Of a stretch of 64,000 nucleotides of DNA, positions 12,148-24,170 are shown in pieces. The translations under genes and the position numbers were made by a program. The notes beneath the pieces were generated by a model. That model made no database searches. It saw only the letters and a list, made by a program, of their open reading frames with translations, and was not told where the DNA came from. This stretch comes from Lytechinus pictus (taxonomy: Eukaryota). The DNA is taken from the NCBI RefSeq assembly GCF_037042905.1, contig NC_087251.1:33356001-33420000 (forward strand), read 5' to 3'. Positions within the stretch are counted from its first letter, which is position 1, and every line of letters begins with the position of its first letter.

Positions 12148-15100
12148 CTGGATAATCGAAGATAGAAATAAATTAGAAGTAGACCTAATTGGTTGACATA
12201 ACCTAAAATATTGTAATACATATGACTTATAATGTATATTAGTCAACTGTTATATTTACCAATGGAGGGTTTCAGCACTTTAAGCACAATGCTACACTGC
12301 AAAAACGCCGGTGTTGATTTAACGCCAGCCATGTTCTATATTGGTCCACACCAGAGAAAAATTGAAACAACACCGGTTTGGCGTTAGGCTAACACCAATT
12401 TGGCATTTAAGCGACACCAATGTGTTAAACCAAAATCGATTTGACTCTTAACTGGTGTTGTTTCAACGCTTCTCTGGTGTAGACGGATATAGATACCAGG
12501 CTGATGTAAAATTAACACCGGCGTTTTTGCAGTGTAGGCCTTGTTACAACCTTGCTTAAGATTGTTGCATTGAGAGTGTACTCAAAGAAAAAACGAATAG
12601 TTTTAGTGGGAGAAACTTTTCCCATGAAATAGTTCACTTTCTCTGCTGATGTCACGCACAGTCCATTTTTCCACAGGAAAAATTTGAATTTGATTCTGGG
12701 CAAACGACATATTTGCAATTTTTCGTCAGGCTTGAAGGAAGGAACTGCTGTTCCGGTTCACAAATTTTCGACAAAGAAAGACTTCTTTGTTGGTTTTTTT
12801 ATGGTTAGACGGGCATTTGACAATACATTTACTCTGATTTTGAATCCTCCGTATGTCGCTCAGCAGAAGAAAAAAACTCGCTATTATACGACGCTGCGAC
12901 ATTATTTCATGCCCTGACTTGATAATAGATTCACGAACATTAATGTAGTTACAATTTAATAAATCAATGTACCATAACTATTGGGTTCTACCTCGTGTTA
13001 GAGCAATTTGTATAATACTGTGAGTGTCTTGACCACATTTCATTTCCACATTCTGCATTATATTTATAAAAAAAACTTAATCATCAAAGAATTTTGTGAA
13101 CTTCCTAAACAGTGAAATTTCAATAATAAAAAAAAAGTGGGGATATGACATCATCAATTTGCTTTATATGATATTATTTTCAGTCTGGAGTATCCCTTTA
13201 AGAGACGAGCTCGATCATCAAACTACTAACAGATAGTCCAGCAGGCATGGCATCATGTCCCACATGGGCATCCAATGGGATCAGTGGATGATCAAAAATT
13301 AAAGAAATTAAATTAAAGAAAGCCTATTAGCTTTACTTACATGATAATTGTGTTGTATTTTTCAAGGCAGATTTGATCCATTCTTCATAACGTGTAACCC
13401 TGGTATAGATTCCGGGAAATTTCGTGCGGCCACAATCAATGGCACCCCAACTTACTATTCCAATCTCATAAAATTGACTCGTATCATTTGATGGATACGC
13501 CACCAGGGGCCCACCACTATCTCCCTAAAAAGCACAAGTTGCAGAAAATAAAATGGATAAATGGATTACTTGGGGCTGTGCCATACATTTTTTTTAAGAT
13601 TACGTTTGGCTTTAAAAAAAAGCTGCAGAAACTTAAATCACTTCAAATACAAAGTATTCACCGTTCAAACTTTGTAATGAACGCTTATCACTGAACGCAT
13701 TTTTTTAAAGCATATAGGCCTAGGCCTATTCATAGTGAGAAGCAACCAGTGATCCACCTTCACTAAGCTCTTTCTCAACAATTCATCAATAAGTCGTTAC
13801 TTATAAAAAAAAATCAAGTGCTATAAGTAAAGATGTTCTCTTGAGTAAAAATGAATTCATTGTCACCGAGTTTATAGTTTGATTATTTTGATAAACACAT
13901 ATAAGAATATAAGATTATTTCTCGGCAGACAGGCCAGTTGTTTCATTTTGGGAGGGAGAGGGAGAATATTACATTGTATAGGATACCTGGATTCGATTTT
14001 TTTAAATATGTATAATGGTTGAAATAAGCTTTAGTAGTAATGTTGAAATTTCAATTTTAGAATTAAAAGATAATCACCTGGCAAGCATCAGCACCATCAT
14101 CAATTCCTGCACAGATCATGTTCTCGGTGATGATGCTGTTCCAGGACTGGTTGCATTTCGCCAAGTCATAAAGAGGAACAACTGCCTCTTGCAATGTGTC
14201 AGGCTTAACTGTAAGTGAAGGGAAAATTGATTATAAATTCATATTAATATATTGGATAAAGTTCATAGATGAAATAAAATATCCTAAAAACCACTTGCGT
14301 AAATCCGGTCTGAGCAGTGGGGGGGGGGGGTGATAGCAATATATTGACCTGAAAATGAAAAAAAATTGGGGACACCCCATACCAAGTACTATATAAACGG
14401 GGGTATAAACCGTGTACATTATTATTACTGTTATCATTCAGTAATAATAATAGTAATAATAGGCATTTATATAGCGCCATCTATCTAGAAATATTATATT
14501 CCGAGGCGCGTTATTATTATTATTACCCCGGCTTTAGCTCGAGCTGCCTTTCAGCGCTCATGCATTCAAGGAACTAATCCTGCCGGGTACCCATTTGCCT
14601 CACCTCAGTAAGGCCTATAACGATTTTTTTTCGATGGCTGTATATTCTAATGGACTTGTTGTGATATACATGTCAAATAATGAATTAGTTAAAGTAAACT
14701 GAATTACAGTTGATATCAATATGCGAACGAGCGAAGCGAGCGAGTATATTTTCAAAAGTTGGAAGACAGAATGATGAACAAAATCGTCTTTCAAGGGGTG
14801 TGTAATTATTGGGAAAATATGGCGAGTGAGCGTAATGGGCGAGACTTGAAAAAGTTGCTTCAGTCATTTGTAATGGTATGCATATATTACAAAGGATGAT
14901 AATGGTCAATAATGCGAGCGCGAAGATAATTTACTTAACAGTTACTGCGAGCGCTTAGCGCGAGCGACATTTTGAATTTTATATAATGACCTGAACGATT
15001 TATGATTGTAACAAAAAATGTTGGGAGCTGAATGGATGAGAACATTTTCAAAATTTAAAGAACGAACAAGCTGTTTTGGAGCACTTTGCAGCTTTAGGAG

Positions 15101-18100
15101 GATGTTTATGACAACATTTACTATACATTTTTGTATTTTTAAAAATTTCGGGGGTGGGTCCAACTCACTAGGGGCAAATGCCCCCGCGCATCCCCCCTTG
15201 GTGCCGCCACTGGTCTGGGGAGGAGCTCCCGGAACCTCGTGATAAACATTGCAGATGTCCACTGTTCTATCAAATCGCGGGTACATACACAACATAATTA
15301 TATTATAATTCAACGCAGTTGCGGATAATAAACGAAATATTATGAGGCAGCACGACATAGCAAATGTGGAGAAAAAAATTATAAAAGTCGCCAGCGAACT
15401 AGAAAATTTTGGCCTTTTAAAATGATTTTTAAATTAAATTCTACTCATGCAGTAGGTTTGGAAATATAGCCAAAGTAAACATTAGGAGGCTTTTCACGGT
15501 AAATCTATCCAGCGTAAAGCTTTACTAAGGTTATGACATAATGTAGGGGGATATTACTAGCCCTTGGCTAACCCTTGGCTAAGGATTATTTGTCCTGATA
15601 GCGACCATTATAGAAAGCTTATGATAGACGCCATCATTCACATTTCTTCCCGTTCTATATATTTTTCAATCCTCGGCAGCCCGGTCGTGTTATTTAGTTC
15701 TGCTCTTTTCTTTCTTGTCCCTTTTCTCTATATTCTGATTTTCCAGTATAGATTTTGGCTCTACCTTCATTTCCCGTTTCTTTTTGCCTCTTTCTCCCAT
15801 TTTCCCGCCATTCTTGCCCGTGCAATTGAGTCATGTAGTTTGATTTTATATCCCTCTCTTGCTAACCATGCTAATGTGTTAGTATTTCAGGATATTTTGT
15901 ACTTCCTCATATGTTTTTCTTTCCTTTCTTTTCCCGCTTTCCTTCAATTTTCCCTATTTATGTTTTTTTTTCATTCTTTCCCTTTCCCTTTTCCTTTTTG
16001 TTTTCATTTTCCCGGTGAAATCCGCCAGGGGGGCAGCTTTCCCCCGCCTGTTACGCCACTATGGGGGGGGGGGGGGGTTCGTCAATCTGAAAATAACATG
16101 TTGGACAAAATCAACAATCTTACCATCACCACCTGTTAGCAATCCCCATCCTGTGACGTAAGCATCTTGTCCTACGGAAAACCGATCATCCATGTCTTCA
16201 GTTGGAAGGCAAATCGTATTAACTTTATAGTCCTTGCTTAGTGTAAAAGGTTCGCTCATTTTAAACAGAGCGATGTCGTTGTCGAAATCCCCGTCATCTG
16301 CTAAATGGTAGCCGGGGTGAACGAGGATATCAATTGCCTTACGTTCCTGTGAGACAGGGGTGTGTCCTGTTAAGTTTTTAGAACCGACTTTAAATGTATA
16401 TGATTCTGGTTGGCACAGTAGATTAGTATCCCTTCAAAGAAAAAATAAAAACAAGATTGTCTTTAAGGTCGATAATCTCTAGGAAGGAGTTGGTTCTGGA
16501 AAAATAAAGCCCAACAAGCAAACCATTGAACATTTTCATGATCATGATCAAAATAAGATGTAAAACAAGGACGTTGTGCTTTTCTTTTTACAAACAAGTG
16601 ATAATAAAAGACAAACGACAGATGTATAGGTAATGATGCCACTTGCTATTACATGTGCATTTTTATTGTACTCATAAAAATATATTTATACATTTTTTTA
16701 ATTGCACCGTTTTGAAAATGTGCAAAATAATATTTTTGCAACATAACGTGCCCTCCTAGTGCTTGATTTTTTACCTTTCACCTTTCTTTTCTTAAAGCGT
16801 ACAAAAAAAATTGAATGGATTAGATACGATATCAAGGGCGTTGATGTTTTTTTTTTTTTATTCAGCATTGAGAAGGGGTGAGAGTCACCCGAATTAGTCT
16901 GTGACGTCACTCCAAATAAGTTGAATTATTCATAATAACGCGTGGCGACTTTTGATATCCTTCCCATGATTAACACAACCAATAATTATTCTAAACTAGA
17001 GATATGAATCAAATATCANNNNNNNNNNNNNNNNNNNNNNNNNNNNNNNNNNNNNNNNNNNNNNNNNNNNNNNNNNNNNNNNNNNNNNNNNNNNNNNNNN
17101 NNNNNNNNNNNNNNNNNNNNNNNNNNNNNNNNNNNNNNNNNNNNNNNNNNNNNNNNNNNNNNNNNNNNNNNNNNNNNNNNNNNNNNNNNNNNNNNNNNNN
17201 NNNNNNNNNNNNNNNNNNNNNNNNNNNNNNNNNNNNNNNNNNNNNNNNNNNNNNNNNNNNNNNNNNNNNNNNNNNNNNNNNNNNNNNNNNNNNNNNNNAC
17301 TATATTACTACTACTCCTACTACTCATAATGTTTATGAAAATAATAATAAAAGTCATCACCAGCATTATCCTTAACATCATCAGCATTATCATCATCATC
17401 GTCATCATCATCATCATCATCGTCATCATCATTACCGTCATCATCTTCCCATTATTATCACCATTAACTTACACGCAATGAGCAGCGGTCATTATCCACC
17501 ACGGGTCAATCAATGATCCTCCACACACGGGTTGCCCCTTCTCAAACAATGCTACCTGCCAAGGCCAGGCATATTCCTCTGCTGGTTTACCATCGTGGAT
17601 CATGGTATTTACTCCTTCGTATTTTCTACCACAATCAGCAGGGTTAACTAAATAAGAAAAAATAAATAAATATTCATAAATACAGTGTGTTGAGAAAGTA
17701 GTATACGCTGTCTAGACACAAATCACGTTCCCATTTTTTTACTGTGAATTCCCAGGTGTTGTATTTATATCCGGAGGACAAATTTAAGAAGTTTGCTTGC
17801 AATAATCAACTAATTGTTTAATAGAAATATTAGACAATAATACAAAGCACAAACATTCACTATTATTTTGGATATTTGATGCATGAATTTTGGAAGTGAC
17901 GCGGAGCCAAAAAAAGTTTTTATTTGCTTAAGTGTCCGGACATCAGACCCCCATTCGACTTCGAAGGCCTTTGACACCTTTCCTCTTGTATCACACCACG
18001 AGAAAAGCCTAGGAAAAGTTCTAAGTGAGTTATTCAGAGCCAAAAATACTTTTTTGGAATGAGGTCTACATAGCCAGTGAAAAATGTCAATTGTGGAACT

Positions 18101-18739
18101 CCACATGACATTTTGTGGGACAATTTGTTGTTTATCGCTATAATAATGAATGAATTTTGTACATAATTCAACTTCCTAAATCTTTCATCAGGTGCGTGCG
18201 CGTGACGGTGTGTGTGTGGATGCGCGGGTTTACGATGAGCATCTGTAATCTTATATACCACACTGCACATACTTATTGTTTGAATTACACCGTTATAAGC
18301 TAATATTTGCTAAGCGTTAATAGCACACATTAATTTTTTTCCGATACAAAAATTATGGCATTATTAAGTAAAATTAGGACAGATTTCTGTCTGTTTAATC
18401 TGCTTCCGGCCCTTGTGCTTACACTATTTTCAATTCATATATCACGTTAACTTCGATTTCTATATTACTTGCCATGTTTATTAATTCCCGCTCTCCCATC
18501 CCTCCAAAAATCTAAATAATCCCCTAAAAATAAAATGATAAGATAAAAATCTCTCTTATAATTAACACTGGATTGGAATCATATTGCTATAAGGGGAAAT
18601 AATGCTTTATTATAGACACAATGTTGTTTTTCAGTAGTTCTCTGAAGTTATGTTGATTATTCATGGACTTACCCTGCCAATCAGCCGCCATTGTTGTAAC
18701 AACGAATGAAACCAGAATCATCCAGAAAATTTGCGTCAT
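11990..18739 (-). CDS. Membrane-anchored trypsin-like (S1A) serine protease, 6 coding exons: 18739-18673, 17647-17473, 16431-16124, 14208-14078, 13524-13341, 12147-11990 (1023 nt, 340 aa)
   Basis: All introns are GT..AG and phase-compatible (1,2,1,0,1). Spliced protein: [19 protein letters not shown] (signal peptide) [83 protein letters not shown], then a hydrophobic segment [27 protein letters not shown] and the tail RNGKWQMRF*. Catalytic triad intact; Asp189/Gly216/Gly226 predict Arg/Lys specificity. Confidence 0.93.
12295..12534. mobile_element. CACT-ended (EnSpm/CACTA-like) MITE in the last protease intron
   Basis: Perfect 21-bp TIR CACTGCAAAAACGCCGGTGTT / AACACCGGCGTTTTTGCAGTG, further imperfect internal IR, TA on both flanks. 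Confidence 0.8.
13341..13524 (-). CDS. Serine protease exon 5 (Ser195)
   Basis: [61 protein letters not shown]; TTTTAG acceptor, GTAAGT donor. Confidence 0.95.
14078..14208 (-). CDS. Serine protease exon 4
   Basis: [43 protein letters not shown]; TTACAG acceptor, GTGATT donor. Confidence 0.95.
14442..14606 (-). mobile_element. 5'-truncated SINE with L2-type 3' tail
   Basis: The minus strand reads AAATGGGTACCCGGCAGG...GCGCCTCGG...GGCGCTATATAAATGCC(TAT)n. TCAGTAA is duplicated at 14438-14444 and 14605-14611 (probable TSD). Confidence 0.65.
16124..16431 (-). CDS. Serine protease exon 3 (Asp102)
   Basis: [17 protein letters not shown]...[22 protein letters not shown]...ICLP...[12 protein letters not shown]; GAAG acceptor after a T-rich tract, GTAAG donor. 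Confidence 0.95.
17376..17445. repeat. (CAT)n microsatellite
   Basis: Imperfect CAT repeats directly visible, close to an assembly gap. Confidence 0.95.
17473..17647 (-). CDS. Serine protease exon 2 (propeptide, activation site, His57)
   Basis: [57 protein letters not shown]; TTTAG acceptor and GTAAGT donor. Confidence 0.95.
18673..18739 (-). CDS. Serine protease coding exon 1 (signal peptide)
   Basis: ATG at 18739 gives [22 protein letters not shown]; donor GTAAGT at 18672. A candidate AG acceptor at 18747-18746 suggests a further upstream 5'UTR exon. Confidence 0.85.
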
Positions 18740-19566
18740 TGTGTACTAATATACGAAGCCAAAAAAACAACAACAAAATAAAGATATTTTCGAGTACAAT
18801 GATTTTGTAGTTCTCTTGTTGTTGTTTTATGAATATATATTTATAACCCCTCAAAAAAAGTTCTGCAACTCAGTTTTGAGCAGTTATACATTTCTTAGTG
18901 TGCCATCATCATATGTAAAAGTTGTATCCTGGAAAAGCATGAATATTCTTCTTTACAATCATGTGCCATTTGTAATGCTAATGTTATCATGCAGTGCGCA
19001 CACATGATAAATATGAAGCAATGTAAAAATGAAATGTTGCAAATTTCGTTCTTTCCAATACAAAATTTCCAATTGTTTCGAGGATGGACCGAGTTTGAAT
19101 GATGTTGATGCATTGATGCCTGAATAGCCACACATTGTGTATTCTCATTTGCGCACTGGATTGAATGTGTCTGGAATAATGTTGAACCTTGTCATTTCAA
19201 AAAGTTTAGGATGTTGAATTAAAAGAAAGAGATGAGAAGTTAGTTTCATTGTTATATTATTGATTTTTTATGAAGCACAATTCACCACTGACACTTATGC
19301 AAAACATTCACTGTCACCCGCCTGCATGGTCAAAATTCTATAAAATTTGAGACTCTGGTTATAAAACAATGCATTTTGCAACATTCCACTTCTGACTTTT
19401 CCCTATATTCAGGGTAACTGCACATTCCATGGTTACATAATCACAGCAGATGGAGCATCATTGTAAAGAAGAATAATTAAGCTTTTCAATGATACCACTA
19501 TCATTGTTCATACCTCAGTAACAAAAATATATCAGCCCTTAAAATTGAGTTTCAGAACTCTTTTGA

Positions 19567-19605
<39 letters not shown>

Positions 19606-20616
19606 ATATCATATTTTAATTTACTTTCCTTATATGGGGGAGAGTCCCTCACATTCAAAATTTCTTGAGAATTTTATATTTTATGCTCTTTATCATGGTC
19701 AAATATTTATCATTATTTTCTTTTGTTTGCACTACGTTTATCTCAGGTCTTGATCATGCTTTAATTTCTTCAAGTTTAGTGGATGTATTCTGATATTTTA
19801 GATGAAACTTTATTTTGGTCTTGAGCCTGATAAAAAAGAAAATGCCTTGTAACGAAACGATTTCAAGCATGAAATGGCTGAAAATCCCAAAATATAATAT
19901 CTGAATTTGAAAGAAGCAAGTCTTTGCAGCCTTTCCTATATAGTGATAAACAATACTGAGAGAGACCTCTTATAACCTAACTTCAAACGTAAATTATAAT
20001 TTTATTAAAGAATAAACGGATGGAAAATCAAATCACTGCATTTTTACAAGATTAGAATGTTAGATAATTTACATTATTAAAACACAATTGCAGCCTCACA
20101 CAGGTTAATATCACAGAGTTAACCCTGTGGATGTTATACAATGCTCATTCCCTTCGGCCATGCCATCAATCGCAAGTAAAGTGAAATACTTGAACAGCAT
20201 ATTAGAAAACACAATAAAATATGGGTCCAAAACCGCCTGCTTTATTTTCAGCAATACGGGGATATCACATGCCTTTATAAGGCATATTATCCAGAGAAGA
20301 CCAACAAACAAAAACATAACAAACATAATCAAATGTATAATTATCAGAATAGTGTTATACTTATTGAATGTGATGCAGCAATGCACGCATGAAGAAGTAT
20401 CGATTAATAATGCTAAACACACAACTATTTGAAACTGAATCATAAATTAATTATAGTTCAAAGTCTGCAAATTATGTATTTGTTTTAGATAAAAGATCAA
20501 TGATCTTTTTGCATTTAGCACGTGCAGAAGAGCTCGTAGCACATTTTGATAATGTGGTATCATTAACAATTTCTTGGAAGATATATGCAGCGGATGTTTA
20601 CTTTGGTATAACACCA

Positions 20617-20890
20617 GGGCCCAGTATTACAAAGAATTGCGATTGATCCGATAAACCACAACCATGGAAAGCCAGCAACACCAACGTCTAAAATACATAT
20701 TTGTTCAAAATAGTTTCTATATATGATGGATATTCATATACATTCATCGTCTTTCTTGAGAATTTGGTTTACCTCCTCTTTGTTTACAAAGGACATTGTG
20801 CAAAGTTACTGGAGAGAAAATTATGGCAATGATGGATTTCCATAGTTGCGGTTGATTGGATCAATCTTAACTCTTTGTCACATGGTACCC
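20617..20890. mobile_element. Harbinger-like MITE; 5' partial copy at 25113-25280, related short element at 48468-48597
   Basis: Ends GGGCCCAGTATTACAAAGAATTGCGATTGATCC / GGATCAATCTTAACTCTTTGTCACATGGTACCC. A closely similar start (GGCCCGTCTTACAAAGAGTTGCGATTGATCC) recurs at 25115. Confidence 0.65.
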
Positions 20891-21210
20891 TGAACACTCA
20901 ACTCCATTTCGCGGGTTACGATAAAAGGTATATTGCCACTCGGTCTACACCCACTTCGTCTACTTCCCGCTTGTCTCATCCCACATGGTATAATCCTCTC
21001 CCACTAGTTGACATTTAGTCTAATTGCTTTTTAGCCCATCTACCATTTCGTCTGAAGATTTCCAGAATAACATGGTAAGCCAACCAGAACCAGGGGTGGG
21101 TCCGGGACCGAAAAGAGAAGCCATTAACCAATTTTTTTAAATTTATTTGCTTGTCAATTCATTGGTCCGCAACTATGCACACAATTCGATTACATTAGCT
21201 CAAGGGTCTA

Positions 21211-23009
21211 CAGTGCGTCCCAAAAAAAACTATACACTTTTGAAATGGCTGCCAAATAAAAAATATAGCAGTTTGGGGAAAAAGACTTACATATATGGAA
21301 AGCCAATAAAGTCAACTTTCAAATGACACCAAAAAGTTGGAAAATTGTTCATGCTTGAGCGAGCACTGCCCACTGAAACAATGGGTATGAAAATTAGGGT
21401 GGGCTGGAATTAGCCTTCCAATTTATGTCAGTTTTTAAGAGGCAAATCCTTACGAACTTGCAAAGTTAAGGGCGTTGTGATGAATTAATGATCAACCGTG
21501 ACCAGTTTTGGTTGCTTATGCAAATTTTCTAAATTATTAAATTGAACTTTAATGCATGAGTCAACACAAATTACACTTTTTGGGCAGCATTTCAACTTTA
21601 TCATTTGGATCTCTTTTTGGGCAGCATTTCAACTTTATCATGTGGATCTCAGCAGTGTGTTCATGGGAGTCGGGAGAATAGGGGGTGAGATAGGCCTTAA
21701 GTGGGAGAAGTAGGTTGATCGAATAAGGGTCAACAGAACATTCAGCCCCCGCCCCCTCCCTCTTTCCTGCCCTCCCCTCCTGTTGAGAGACTGATGGCTA
21801 TTGTCATGTACGCGTGAAGTCCAGAGCGGAATGTTGATTTAATGATTAATTCTGAATTGGGGCATCAACTTTTTCCTATCAATCATTTCATCAACAATTT
21901 ATCAGTAAATCAACTCATTCAATGTGCAATGTGATCAATCAAACATTCAGGTTTTTTTCTTCTATAAATTATTTCATTAATCATCATAATCATTAAATTT
22001 CTTGGTAATAATTCAATAAAAAATGACCATCAGCCACCGGTCACTTGGCAGCTAAGTTTTGAATAGGCTACAATCCAGGAAGGGAGACAGAGAGGGGGGC
22101 TGGGAAATGGAGGTGGAGAGGGGAGGGTACATATGACTTTTAATTTGTAAAAGGACAAAAAGAAGAGGAATGCCCTTTTAACCAAGTCTTAGCATATCTC
22201 GCCCTCTTGCTTGTAACAGGTACCATCACATTACTCTGACTCTCACGAACACATTTCTGAGGTCAACAAGATGAATATGCTACACTAAAATTACAATTCC
22301 TGTTCACTCATGCATTAAATTTCAATTTAGTAACTCATGAAATTTGCCTAAGAAACCAAAACTTATCTCACTCATTAATTTAGCTTAGCAAGTTCCAAAG
22401 GACTAACCACTCAAAAAATTGTAAGGCTAATTCCTGCCCAGCCTAGCCGAGCTTAGTGTCTGAGGAGGAGAGAAGCGGGGGGGGGGGGTTGAGATGGAGG
22501 GAGGGGTTGCTAAATGTTCTGTTGACCTTTCTCCCATCAACGTTCTTCACCTACCTAAGTCATATTACCCCCTTTTCTCCTGACTTTCATAAACACATTG
22601 TTGAGATCCACATGAAAAAAGACAAAATGCTGCACTAAAAATTGCAATTCACGATCACTCATGCATTAAAGTTCAATGTAATAAATTCAATTTAATAACG
22701 CATTAAATTTTCACAAACAACAAACTGATCACAACTGATCTTTAATTCACCAAATAACCCTCAACTTTGCAAGTACCAAACAAAAAACCTGAAAGAAATT
22801 GGAAGGCTAATTCCGGCCCACCCTAATTTTCATACCCTTTGTTTCAGTGGGCAGTGCTCGCTCAAGCATGAATAGTTTTCCAACTTTTTGGTGTCACTTG
22901 AAAGTTGACTTTATTGGCTTTTCATATCTATAAGTTATTTCCCCCAAAGTGCTATATTTTTTGTTTGGCAGCCATTTCAAAAGTGTATAGTTTTTTTTGG
23001 GACGCACTG
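21211..23009. mobile_element. Non-autonomous Tc1/mariner element with long TIRs
   Basis: TA|CAGTGCGTCCCAAAAAAAACTATACACTTTTGAAATGGCTGCC...GGGACGCACTG|TA. About 210 bp of high-identity TIR extends imperfectly inward. No transposase ORF. Confidence 0.9.
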
Positions 23010-23958
23010 TATACGAATGTAAACCCTAATTGAAATATGATATTCGAATGGGAGAAATTAAAGGAAATATTTGCTAACAGACACTGCCTCAAATATGAAA
23101 AATGAGGTTATAAGTGTAACGAAAAGATCAGAATGATTGAAGGAAACAAAATGACTATTCTTATTAGCAAAGGGAATGAGGGAGTAGACGTGAGAGGTAC
23201 ACCAGCGTCATGAATAATACAACAGAAGACTGAGAAGAGTGAAGAAGGCGGGATCTGAAAAATAATTGTGAACTGAATTCTTAAGAGCCCAGGAAGAGTT
23301 AATAGACGGAGCGTGAGCGAAGCATGGAGGCAGAATCCGTCTTAAATCCTTAAAGTTAAAAGTAAATTAAACCATCAATATTCATACTGGCGCGTGGCGG
23401 GCTGTCTACCCCGTCTCTGAAAACAACCGTGTCCATATTAGATTGCGAGACTACCATGCTGGTGTGTGTTTGGGAGGATCGTTGTGCAGGGGTATTCGGG
23501 ACAACCCAAAATAATTATCATTTCTGTAAAGTATCAAAACAATGTTCTTCTTTTTATTATAATTATGTTGTAAATCTGCAAAAAAGAGATTTGGAGAAAG
23601 GGAAAGACAGAGAGAGGATGGGGTGGGAAAAAAAAGAAAAGGAGGGTGTAGAGCCAGAGAGGGAGGCGATGGGGGCTGCAGTCATCATTTTTTAATGGTA
23701 CATATGGAGGGTGGCTTGGGGGCACCCCAGCTCCACGATCTCGAAAAATATAAATAAAAATGAAGGGGAAAATGAATCTGTCTCAAAACTCAATTTTCAT
23801 TTTAAAATTGTGATCTTAATTTGCTCGCTTCGCTGGCTCGTGACAATTTATGAATTTACATCCGAACGCCATTTTCTGCCCATTAAGTGTTTACACATTA
23901 CGCCACTGAATATTATTGTGCAAACAGCAATTCACATGATTGGGAGTACTTCATTTAT

Positions 23959-24170
23959 GGGGCGTTGCAAGAAACTTGCGATCAATTGCAAGTCTATTTT
24001 CGGTGTCTAAATCAATCATATGTCTTGTAATTAATTGTAAATTTGATTGCAGGTCTGCTTCTTGCAAGAAGGAGTGTAATCTGATTTGCTTCAGCTAAAA
24101 TTGATGTATCAATTGGAAAATTGCAACAGAATATTTGCGATTGATTGCAAATATTTTCTTGCAACACCCC
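23959..24170. mobile_element. Short MITE (GGGGCGTTGCAAGAAA / TTTCTTGCAACACCCC); degenerate copy at 42213-42381
   Basis: About 35-bp imperfect TIRs directly visible. Confidence 0.65.

Noticed and set aside
11970-12221. ORF-track 83-aa minus ORF (MYYNILG...)
   Set aside because: Wrong frame. The splice-compatible frame over the same DNA encodes the protease TM segment.
15564-16139. 191-aa Phe-rich plus-strand ORF resembling a membrane protein
   Set aside because: It arises from a T/C-rich low-complexity intronic tract antisense to the protease gene, with no family motifs.
17004-17444. ORFs spanning N runs (also 7958-8200, 27208-27492, 27976-28352)
   Set aside because: Artefacts of assembly gaps and microsatellites.
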